Positions 12,801 through 22,900 of a stretch of 56,710 nt of DNA are shown piece by piece; the stretch's first letter is position 1; the number at the start of each line of letters is the position of its first letter. Below the pieces are notes generated by a model that was not told where the DNA came from, searched no databases, and worked only from the letters and a program-made list of their open reading frames with translations. The DNA comes from Octopus bimaculoides (taxonomy: Eukaryota): positions 15,185,096-15,241,805 of the forward strand of contig NC_068992.1 of NCBI RefSeq assembly GCF_001194135.2, in the 5' to 3' direction. The translations under genes were made by a program, and so were the position numbers.

Positions 12801-13328
12801 GGTTATATACGTATACAGAAATACACGGGTGCAGAAGATAGTAAACAATGAAAATATCTGAGTAACGGAAATTATATTTCTTAATGCGACGGGCAGAAAG
12901 TAAATGAGAAAGTTTTACGGAAAATAAAGAATTGTACAGATTGAAGTGAAATTTGTCAGTGAACCAAAGAGCCAGTATCAAAGGAACCAGATAAAAGCTG
13001 TTAACAACAGTAAAGCAGAAAACCGTTGCAAAATTAAATAAGAAATTTTTAAGGAAATTAACTAAGTGTACGGATTTAAGTGAAATTTATGAAGCTACTT
13101 CTATTAGTAAATTATGTATGAAATTATTCTCATCAGTAATCGTGAACTTCTTTCTGTTAGTAATTTGTAGTTGTTTGTAAATAACGATTAAAAACTTACA
13201 GTGAAAACAATAGCGATTGAATTTAAAGTGAACACAATAGCGTCTGAAGAATGAAAGTGAAAACAATAGAGAGTGAGTGAGTTGCAGAGAGACGGAAAAG
13301 AGCTTGCTAATTAGATAAATAAGAGAGA

Positions 13329-13350
13329 GATAGATAGATAGATAGATCGT

Positions 13351-13383
<33 letters not shown>

Positions 13384-13630
13384 CGTTAGATAGATAGATC
13401 GTTAGATAGATAGATCGTTAGATAGATAGATAGAGAGATAGATCGTTAGATAGATAGATCGTTAGATAGATCCTTAGATAGATAGATCGTTAGATAGATA
13501 GATAGATAGATATATAGATCCTTAGATAGATAGATCGTTAGATAGATAGATAGATATATAGATAGATAGATAGATACAGAGATATAGATATAAAGATAGA
13601 GATGGATAGAGAGATATAGATAGATATAGA
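13329..13630. repeat. (GATA)n array with recurring GATCGTTA/GATCCTTA variant units, inside the Helitron
   Basis: Direct reading of the tandem units. Confidence 0.9.
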
Positions 13631-15119
13631 CGTCAGTGACGCTAGAAAACCAGAAGTAAATATTTTTTAAACTTTCAAAGACGTGAATCTAATATAAAAA
13701 GCAATATTTTTTATAACCAATGGATGTAAGGGAGACAATCAATTTCAGAAATTTACTCTGCAAAAAGTTACTTCTCTTCTCCACATAACCCAGGAACGGG
13801 TGTTTTCTGCCCCCAGGGGGCTCGTTTTTCATTATGTGCAAAATTTTAAGTGTCTAAAACCATCCCTGGAACATAAGTAATGTATGTTCCCAATTTGGAG
13901 AAAATCAGTTGAAAAATACAGCCGTTATAATATTTCACACACACACAACGGAATTTATATTATAGACGACCAATTCAGTCTTATCTTTATCCGTATATAA
14001 TTCTCTCAAGAGGTGTTAGAAGGAGTTTGCTTCCTTGGCAGTATTTTTAATATATTTTCCATTCCCATGGTTTTTTAATACTTTTCTTCCTAAACACATG
14101 GAAGACTCAACCTTTTGCTATTCCTCGCAATCTCGTCTATCTGAAAACGATAAACCAGAGTACCAATTATGGACTGTGGCTGATCTAAATCAATCATATT
14201 GCTCAATTCGCATATTATGAGGTCTTGCTTCTCGGTTATAAATCTATATAGAAAAATGGAAGTGGATGGGAGAGTCGGTGGAACACTGGAAATATACAAC
14301 ATTTCGCGTTAATTAATTACAGCACTTCTTCACGTTTTCACTTCAACACCCACCATGTTCAAATATCCTTTTAATCCTCCTGATTCTATAAAATAAAATA
14401 TCGCTTACATACAGTGGTCAATGACATTGGTATTAACCTCTACCAGAATATGAAACCGGATATCGAATTTAGGATTCGACCCTGAAAACTAAATTAATTC
14501 AACAAAGCACAAATAAAGTTCGAAAAGTTCAACACGAAAGATAGAGACTAAACTAAATTTCTCGTTATATACAATTAATGTTTCGAAACGTACAATTTAT
14601 GACGAAATTATGAGCCTCGCAAATGTAATTCTAATACGTAACGAGCTAAAATTAAAATCAATCGACAAATTCTCACCAAGAAGTTCAAATTTATTCTCAG
14701 TTTCTCACTTTCTTTTCTTTCGCTTTATCCTTTCACGTTCAAATCTTCTTATATATCTATCTATCGATATATCTATCGATCTATTTTTCTATCTATCTAT
14801 CTATCTATCTATCTCTCTGTCTATCTAAACCTATCTTTCTGGTTCAGCTGTCCGTCATTAAATAATCTGAACAGGATTTTAAATTTTCCGATATAGAATG
14901 TTACAGAAAGTTCACCTGCTTTAATCTCACAGCCCTTTAATTGCATGGCTACTTCCTTTGTCAAATGCTGGATTTCATTAGTTACGCAGTGAGAATCTTT
15001 TGTTCTTTTTCTACCGAGAGACAATTTGGTCGCTTCATTACGTCGCAGGACTTATTAATATTAAGCACACATCATTAACAACAGCAACGTGGATGATGAA
15101 GAAAAGAACGGCAATTACT

Positions 15120-15144
15120 ACTACTACTAATAATAATAATAATG

Positions 15145-15178
<34 letters not shown>

Positions 15179-15312
15179 TAATAATGATGATAATAATAAT
15201 GATAATAATAATAATGATGATAATAATGATGATAATAATGATGATGATGATGATGATGATGATGATGGTGATGATGGTGATGATGGTGATGGTGATGGTG
15301 ATGATGATGATT
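15120..15312. repeat. Compound trinucleotide microsatellite (TAA/GAT/GGT)
   Basis: Direct reading; source of the poly-N/D/I/S ORFs in the track. Confidence 0.95.
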
Positions 15313-15829
15313 TCTTTATTAGCCACATGAGTTCAAAGAGTTATGATTAAATACAACAAATGCTAAAGAACGTGAGATTTACAAAATGTGCGCGACTGGA
15401 CAAATGAAGTTTTATACACAGTGGGAGAGCGATGATGATTTACGACAGCCTGATTAAAAATTAAATTCACCGACTAAAACAAAATATACATTTAGTGTGA
15501 AAAGCAGGAAAGCATCCAATTTAGGTGTACCCGCCCACATACAAGTGAGAAACTACTGCATAGGTTGGTCCAGAGCATCCTATAATCCTATAGTCTTTTG
15601 GCAAACCTCGTAATGAATTCTGTTATACCCAAAGGTACCAATTAGTATTTTTGTGGGTTGGACAGGTTGGGAAAATCTCAGCTTGAGAATTCGAAAAGAT
15701 AAACACACCANNNNNNNNNNTCGAAAAGATAAACACACCAGATTGTCCATTTACAAAGTCGAATAATGTGAAGGAAAAAAAAAGAAAGAAAAAAAAAAGA
15801 AACGTTACATGAGGCTTTATCGTTCTCAC

Positions 15830-16190
15830 GGCGATAAGGCTCTTCTCAATACGTATAATGTACCAGTTAAGACTATCTTTTGCACTTCTTGCATGGATAG
15901 TAAGCCAGGGACCATTCTGAAGTAATTTTCAGTTCCAACAATTGCTCCTACAATCACTGGTATTGTAACCGTCTTGAGATGCTGATTTTTTTCGATTTCA
16001 GTGAGCAAATATATATTTTGTGAGCTTGTCAAATTTTTTGCCGAGATATCATAACCACAAGTTTCCTGCCGATCAATAAACTACTTTTTGTTTGTTTTAG
16101 TCTTTCACAACAATATCCGGTTTATTAGCTTTGATGGTTCTATCTGTATGTACTGGAAAGTCCCATAGAATCGTTACATTTTCTCCCCCA
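15830..16190 (-). mobile_element. R4/Dong-clade non-LTR retrotransposon, restriction-like endonuclease and C-terminal remnant
   Basis: Minus translation ENVTILWDFPVHTDRTIKANKPDIVVKD (PD motif of the RLE), then HLKTVTIPVIVGA...VQKIVLTGTLYVLRRAL. Confidence 0.85.
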
Positions 16191-16231
16191 GTGACAAATT
16201 ATATAAGCACCAGGGTGGTGCTTATATAATT

Positions 16232-16398
16232 ATAATTGTCTTTGCACAGGTTCTAACGGTGGAGATGTACTACGAAGCCAGCTGTTCACTGCCAGTGTCA
16301 TAAGGTAACACCCCTTATTTTTCGAGCACCATCCGGAGTATTCGAGCGGTTCCAAGCAATTCTGTTTTCTGCAAGTGCTCTGCCCTTATTGCAGTCCC
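16232..16398 (-). mobile_element. Second R4/Dong-type 3'-terminal fragment
   Basis: 16380->16315 encodes EHLQKTELLGTARILRMVLEK*, followed by a short 3' UTR. Its 5' side abuts an (AAT)n tract (plus (TTA)n at 16399-16464). Confidence 0.8.
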
Positions 16399-16453
<55 letters not shown>

Positions 16454-16469
16454 CATTATTATTATGCTA

Positions 16470-16740
16470 GACGAATAGCCTAGTGGGCCTAGCGGTTAGG
16501 GTGCTGCATTCATGATTGCGAGATCGAGACTTCAATTGCTAGACTGCGTCGTGTGTTGTGTTCTTCAGCAAAACATAATTTCAATTTGCACTGCTATCAC
16601 TTCGACACCTGACGCGTGGCACACCATGAACCTATTCAGACAACGTCGATTTGATGGTGAGAGTGGGTCAATGTGTGGCACGAACATTTGATCACTATAA
16701 ACATCATTTCCGCCGGTCGTTTGGCAAAGAAGCTGAACAT
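16470..16740 (+). mobile_element. Degenerate tRNA-derived SINE (CORE-like middle)
   Basis: gtgggcctagcggttagggtg head and gttgtgttcttcagcaaaacat segment resembling the middle of the 30315-30635 copy. Confidence 0.55.
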
Positions 16741-16988
16741 TCACACGTGGTCTTCATCATCTTTATTATTATTCTGATACAACGACAGCAATTTTGAAGG
16801 GAGAGGTTAAGCGATAACATCGAACCGAGTACTTGACTGTTTCCTTATTCTGTCGACTCCTATTGAAGGGCAAAGTTGACCTCAAATGCACACATGCATA
16901 GATGTAATATAAAGTTCTGTGTATGTATACATGTGTGTTACTACTACTACCACTACTACTGCTACTACTACTGCCCTGCTGCTGCTAC

Positions 16989-17020
<32 letters not shown>

Positions 17021-17576
17021 AGGCATAGGAATTAATGATACCAGCAAGCAGATACTTAAACATGGACGTTTATTGAAATATTAATTAATAGATTACTGGA
17101 ATATCAAATCTAACCTTAGAACACAGCTACTAATGTTCTATAATTAACAGTCGATTCATTAACACGACAACAATGAATTCGTGACTTTTAGCGAAATACA
17201 ACGGGATTTGAAACACGAACAGAGCCTCTAACCAAAGCACGAAGCTCAATTTATGCGCTTCGTACCCGTGTGCAAAACCTTAATTCTGAAATGAAATGCG
17301 TCGTATTCAATGGTAAGTGTCTGTCATATATAAGGCCATGTTGAATGCGTTAGGTACACGTTTGCGCCACGTTCACCATATATCACTCTTCGCTCACACC
17401 ATCATCGACGACAAATATAGACAAATGCCATTTAGTTTATCTCGTATCATTTCTTTACACCAGTGTCGTCTGTTCATAAGGATTTCGAATTTAAGTACAG
17501 AAATACATTATACATACGTACATACATAGATTCATACACATACACAAACACACGCATACATATATGTTTACATGTG

Positions 17577-17617
<41 letters not shown>

Positions 17618-17660
17618 CTATATCTATATATACATTTACAAAGATATATGTAGATATATA

Positions 17661-17786
17661 CAGGGTGTCCACAAGGTCTGGGTACATGGAGTGAATACAA
17701 TCATAACATAAACAATTAAATATAAGAAATAATAATTTCTTAAAGTATGTGTTAATCCCATGTACCCAGATTTTGTGGACACCCTG
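17661..17786. mobile_element. 126-bp Tc1/mariner-type MITE
   Basis: 29-bp TIRs (cagggtgtccacaaggtctgggtacatgg / ccatgtacccagattttgtggacaccctg, 2 mismatches) with TA on both sides. Confidence 0.9.
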
Positions 17787-17794
17787 TATATATA

Positions 17795-18240
17795 TTATAT
17801 ATATGTAAAATTAAATAATGAAGGTAGAAATTGATATTAATCAATTAAAACCAGTGGCTTAGCATATTTAAAAAATCCGAAGATTAAAAATTATATTACA
17901 ATACAAATTAAGAGGAATGACCACCAAAGTGGACACATAATATGCTAAAGATAGACGTCAAATCGCCTTACCACGGAGAGAAAATTTCAGCAAAACGCCA
18001 GAATGGCAGAATGAGCAAGACAAATGAAAATATACGAAATAAAAAAACGATTATCTACGTACCAATGGTTTCGTTTGTTAATATTCACGAATACAAATAT
18101 CTGCAAACTCATCAGCGTTGTCTATCACTTACAAAGCACAATCTCCAGAACTAGACACAGAACGCTCACCCGAAAGAGAGCATGTATAAAGTTCTACAAA
18201 TTATATTTGGGGGGTACTACTGGATAACACGGTGCAATCT
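17795..18240 (-). mobile_element. Probable Penelope-like element terminal region
   Basis: Carries a type I hammerhead motif of the kind found in PLE pseudo-LTRs and ends at a (TA)n tract. No coding remnant was recognised. Confidence 0.4.
18053..18122 (-). ncRNA. Type I hammerhead ribozyme motif
   Basis: Minus strand: GACAACG CTGATGA GTTTG(26 nt)CAAAC GAAA CC ATT GG TA CGTAGAT. The core is intact, stem II has 5 perfect bp, stem III is A-U/C-G/C-G, and the triplet is GUA. Stem I is imperfect. Confidence 0.65.
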
Positions 18241-18314
18241 GAAGGTGGATGAACTTTATACTGTACTCTACTATGTTTTTAACAGAATATACAATGACTA
18301 TATACATACAATCC

Positions 18315-18396
<82 letters not shown>
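18315..18396. repeat. (GACA)n(GATA)n microsatellite
   Basis: Direct reading. Confidence 0.95.
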
Positions 18397-18398
<2 letters not shown>

Positions 18399-18469
18399 AA
18401 TGACATACAGGCAAACATACACAGACAGACAGGCGGATAGATAGATAAGGTGTGGATCAATACTTAAGC

Positions 18470-18690
18470 ATTTCCGCTTTACTTTTAGATATGTTCATAG
18501 CCATTTCTTCCTGGGGAAAGAGAGAGAGGGAAAGAGTGAATGATTGAGAGGAATTTACCTGGTAGTTATTTTATCGACCTCGAAAAGAACGCAGGGTTAC
18601 TTCAACTCAGAGCGTAAGAACCGGAAGAAATACCACAATGCAATTTTCTTTTCTAGCGCTCTAATGATTCTTTCAGTTCTCTGGAAAGGT
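18470..18690 (-). mobile_element. Degenerate SINE family E monomer
   Basis: tttatcgacctcgaaaagaac and caactcagagcgtaag match the family E reverse complement. Confidence 0.6.
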
Positions 18691-18994
18691 CAAAAATCAT
18701 AATTGCATACGAGGTATCAACTAAATAAGTTTGACTACAGAGTTTCTGCAGGTTACAGTTACTTGGTTCAGTATATTCGTAACAAACGCCTGCACGTCGT
18801 ATGATATACGCAGCCAGTGTTTTTCATCTAATGTTTTCTAATGAATAAGTTAAGATTATTCATATAAAATATTATAAAAGAAATCCGCTGAACAAATCAG
18901 CCATTTGCTGAATAAAGAAAATCATAGTTATATATATTTTTTAAAAAAAGCACAAAATAGTTTATCATTCACAAAAAAAAGGCATTTGTAATAA

Positions 18995-19166
18995 TCCTTT
19001 CTACTAAGTCGATTACATCGACCTTTCTGTTGCTTAATTTATCGACCCCGAAAGAGTGAAAGGCAAAGTCGACCACGGTGGAATTTGAACGCGGAACCTA
19101 TATTCGGACGAAATGCCGCTAAGCATTATACCCAGCGTTCTAACGTTTCTGCCAGGTCCCCGCCTT
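18995..19166 (-). mobile_element. SINE family E monomer
   Basis: aatttatcgaccccgaaagagtgaaaggcaaagtcgacc...ctaacgtttctgccag...cgcctt. Confidence 0.85.
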
Positions 19167-19200
19167 CAGACAATGAAATAATAACAATAATTTAAAATAA

Positions 19201-19257
<57 letters not shown>

Positions 19258-19969
19258 CATATATACATATATACACATAAATATGCATTCATATATATAT
19301 ATGCACACAAACATCCAGACACACACACACACTTACGTACAACCACGGGCACGCACACACACACACATACACATACACATACGCGAATATAATAATTTCT
19401 GTTATCTTAATTCTTTACTTTTCAATTTCATTTCACTTCTTCTTTTATTAAATACAGACAATCGTTACAATATCATTTACGTCATGAATGTGAAGGCAAG
19501 AAAATTGCATCAGATTTTGTAGTTCAGACAAGGAAAAACAAGTTTCCGTTAAAATTGTACTGGTGATGTACATTGATGCACAAATGACGCATTTTATTAA
19601 ATAACGAAAGAAAAATATTCATTTTTTTTTCCTGTTATTTAAGATATAGATATTATCAAATAATACCAGGCGTTTATAGTTTTTGCTATATTTATTATTT
19701 AGAGTAACAATTTGAAAAAAAAAACATATAAAATGATAGGAAATAGCTTTTCTGATTAAGAAGTTATTTAAGATGAGTCAACGTTCGTTTGTGTATGTAG
19801 GAAATCCTGCTGAACAACCAATCACTCTACGAACACTAAAAATAGCATTATTTGTGATCTGTTTTGAATCTGAAACGATGTGTCCAGAGTATTATGTTGC
19901 TCTGCTTAGCTCTTGATTATTCACACACACATATACACACATATATCTATGTACATATATAATACTAAC

Positions 19970-20270
19970 TACTGAGTTGGCAGAACTATTAGCTGATCAG
20001 ACATGGTGCTTTGGCGTATCTTTTCCGGCTTTTTCCATGCTGCGTTCAAATACTGTCGAAGTGAAATTCGCCATTTATTTCTCCGGTGAGTGGGTGGGTG
20101 GGACTATAAAATAACGTATCAGAATTGTTCTGATATCAATATTTTTTCTTACCACACCCTCCCCTTAAAAGTGTTGCCGGCCTCGTGCTTAAATCAGAAA
20201 TATTATTAAGGCGGCTCCCTCACAGAATCATCAGTGCGCCGGGAAAATCGCTTAAAAACATTTTGCCCAG
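19970..20270 (+). mobile_element. SINE family E variant copy plus the head of a canonical copy
   Basis: 19970-20205 parallels 1610-1830 (ctataaaataacgtatcag, gccgg.ctcgtgcttaaatcagaaat). An aaggcggc head follows. Confidence 0.7.
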
Positions 20271-20294
20271 CTTTCTTTCTTTTTTTATTTTATT

Positions 20295-20665
20295 GTTTCA
20301 CTCCTTTCACTTCGGCCATGTTAGGTCACCCCGTTGAAGGGTTTAGCTGAACAAATCGACCCCAGTGCAAATTTTTAAGTCTGGGTCTTACTCTTATTTG
20401 TTTCTTTTGCCGAACCGCTAAGCTAGAGGGACGTAAACAAGCAAACACCGGTTTGTCATGTGGTGGAGAGGACAGACACAGACACAAATGCACACACACA
20501 TACACAAAACATATACGTACGATGAGCTTCCATACAGTTTCAGCCAACCGAATTCTCTTGCAAGGCATTCGTCTGCTCAGTGTTATAGCAGAAGACACTT
20601 GCCTAAGATGCTGCGCAGTGGAACCGAAACCGTCACGGTTGAAAAGCCAGCTACTTAACTACGCA
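20295..20665 (-). mobile_element. tRNA-derived SINE family A, degenerate
   Basis: cttttgccgaaccgctaag, gaagacacttgcctaagatgctgcgcagtgg. Confidence 0.8.
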
Positions 20666-21721
20666 TAAAGGGGCTGGTCCCATGGTTTTGGCAGACCCTC
20701 TGAGACATATGATACTAAAATATTTTACTTGAACCGATGCAAATCGTAAGGGGAGAGAATTCCGGAGAATCAATATCTTGGGGAGAAAGTACGAGTGTAA
20801 TGGTTAATGCCGGGTCAAGGGTGAAAAGATGACGGCGGTAGACACAATACGGGTGTCGAGAGACAGAGGAAGGCAACGGGGAGAGACAGGTGAATCGGGT
20901 TTGTTTCAATATAAGGGGAAACAATACTAGTTAGATTCGAGGAGCAGAGGCTATTATGGTAGCGGTAGGAAGGCAGAGAGAGGAGGAGATAATACGGCTT
21001 TGGGCAAGATTCGGAGCGTATTTAAGAGCATCTTCATTCTTGTCAAGCAATTGAAAATATATTCATATACTTAGTTTTGCAATGGAATTATAATTTTGCC
21101 GTTAAATTTTCCAGACAGACACAAAAATAATATTTCAATATTCAGTTTTCTGCTGATGTCATTTTAATGACTATTAAAATGTTATCTTCCACTTTATTTG
21201 TTGTTATTATAAACACACAGCGAATATTAGTTTGCAGTTGAAAGACATCTAATGAGTAAAGACCTAATTATACGAAATTGAAGAAACGATTTCCACAATA
21301 AGAGGACTTAATAAGTCACTCGGAATCTATTTAAATTTATATAGACATGCACGCATACATACAAATAAACGACACCACACAAACACACACACACACAAAT
21401 ACGAAGAATGATGCCAAATATGAATGAAATGCATTAAGATGAAAAATATCGTATCGCTATATAATCAACATGACATTCAATTAATGTACATTAGTAAACG
21501 TGTCTATTCATCTTATAAGAAGTGAAAACATTAATATGCCGGATATGATGTTATAAATTGTTTTGGGCTTTTTATTTTATTCCTTTCTTTTCATCCTACC
21601 ACACATTATGTTGATTTTCGGTAAAAGAAATAGCGATTCCTTAATTTAAATAAAAAATCAGTGTATCTGTCTTCATTGTCGTCCAAAAAAACATAGTAGT
21701 AATAATAATAATAATAATAAA

Positions 21722-21875
21722 ACGAGTATTGCATTAATCCAGAAATCTTGTTCTATTAGGAACAGCAAAGATTGTCCGAAAGTTCTTTGATAACTAAGGA
21801 AGCTAGTTGTTACATGATATCAAGGATATTGATTCCAAACGTAACACATCTGCAGATAATCTCTTTGTAATTATG
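21722..21875 (+). mobile_element. R4/Dong-type 3'-terminal fragment
   Basis: 21753-21797 encodes LLGTAKIVRKFFDN*, preceded out of frame by IQKSC. It follows (AAT)n at 21700-21720 and ends in a degenerate TAA tract. Confidence 0.7.
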
Positions 21876-21889
21876 ATAATATAAAAGAT

Positions 21890-22900
21890 ACGAAATTGGA
21901 AATCCCCTGGATCCGATAGCGTTCGGAGCTTAAAAATCTTAGAGGCATGTACATCTATACACAACCGTTTCTTATTGATTGTGTAAAAAAATTGAACAGC
22001 AATATAGATTGCATAAAGAAGGGGAGACTTAATAGAGAAGTTTAAGACGATGGATCAGAAGTTAGTAATTATAGATCTATTATATCCTTAGCATTACCAT
22101 GGAAAATTCTAACTGGCTTCATAAGAGATTAAATGTGTACCTTTGTGGGAAAGGAGAATCTATTTTCAGAAGAGTAAAAGGGATGTAGAAAGAAGTCAAA
22201 GGGAACAGCTGATCTGTTGTACATTGACAATATATATATTAAGTGAATTATAAAAAAGAATTTAGCTGTAGGATGGATAGAATACAGCAAAGCGTACGAT
22301 GATATACCGTACTATTGAATAATAGAGTACCGAGGACACTCAGGGTTAATTAATAGCTTTTGTGTTTAATTTTTTTTAAAAAGCAATGAGATCATGGGGA
22401 GTAGAAATAAAATACAGAAATAAATCTTCTGGCGGTGTGATATTACACGGAAAATCGCTCTCTCCATTACTTTTCGTAATTGCGTTAATTCCTTTGTATT
22501 GAGATACTCAGCTCCTTTTTTAAAGTAGCTAAAGACAAGCCCAGGGCAGCAGGATAGAACCAGGAAGCTGTTCGCAGTGCACAACACGCACCAACACTGT
22601 AAAAATCTCAACAGACTCTACCTACCAGTAAAGGAATGAAGCAAAGGTTTGTTAAGCGTAGAAAACAACACAAGTACTGCGATATTGGGTTTGAAAAACT
22701 GTTATGCACATTGGAGAAAGAATACTGTCTGTGATCAGTTTCTTTATTTACCAGTAGGGGAACGGAGGTGAGGTCATTACAAGTACAAAATACAGAAGTG
22801 GTGAGAGTTTAAACAGAATCAACAGGAAGACAACAGAAATGAAAGCAACGAAAAACTACAGGAATATAAAAAGAAATGGAATGAAAGAGCGCAACTGACG
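21890..22900 (+). mobile_element. Degenerate R4/Dong-clade reverse transcriptase region
   Basis: Motifs in order across stops and frameshifts: NWKSPGSD, YRSI..L..PWKILTG, EE*KGCRKKSKGT, WIEYSKAYD, G.SLSPLLFVIALIPL, TRKLF, RLYLPVKE*SKGLLSVE. Confidence 0.85.

Larger units (their letters stand above)
11906..13966 (-). mobile_element. Internally deleted (non-autonomous) Helitron
   Basis: On minus it begins TCTATAATATAAA at 13966 and ends with a GC hairpin (plus cccggcgttgacctggg, 11919-11935) and TTAG, one mismatch from the canonical CTAG. It contains a RepHel N-terminal coding remnant. Confidence 0.8.

Noticed and set aside
15691-15740. 20-bp direct repeat tcgaaaagataaacacacca on both sides of a 10-N gap
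   Set aside because: Typical unmerged contig overlap, an assembly artefact.
20740-21060. Purine-rich strand-skewed segment, possibly a Penelope-like remnant
   Set aside because: No diagnostic motif or ribozyme core found; the impression is too weak to call.
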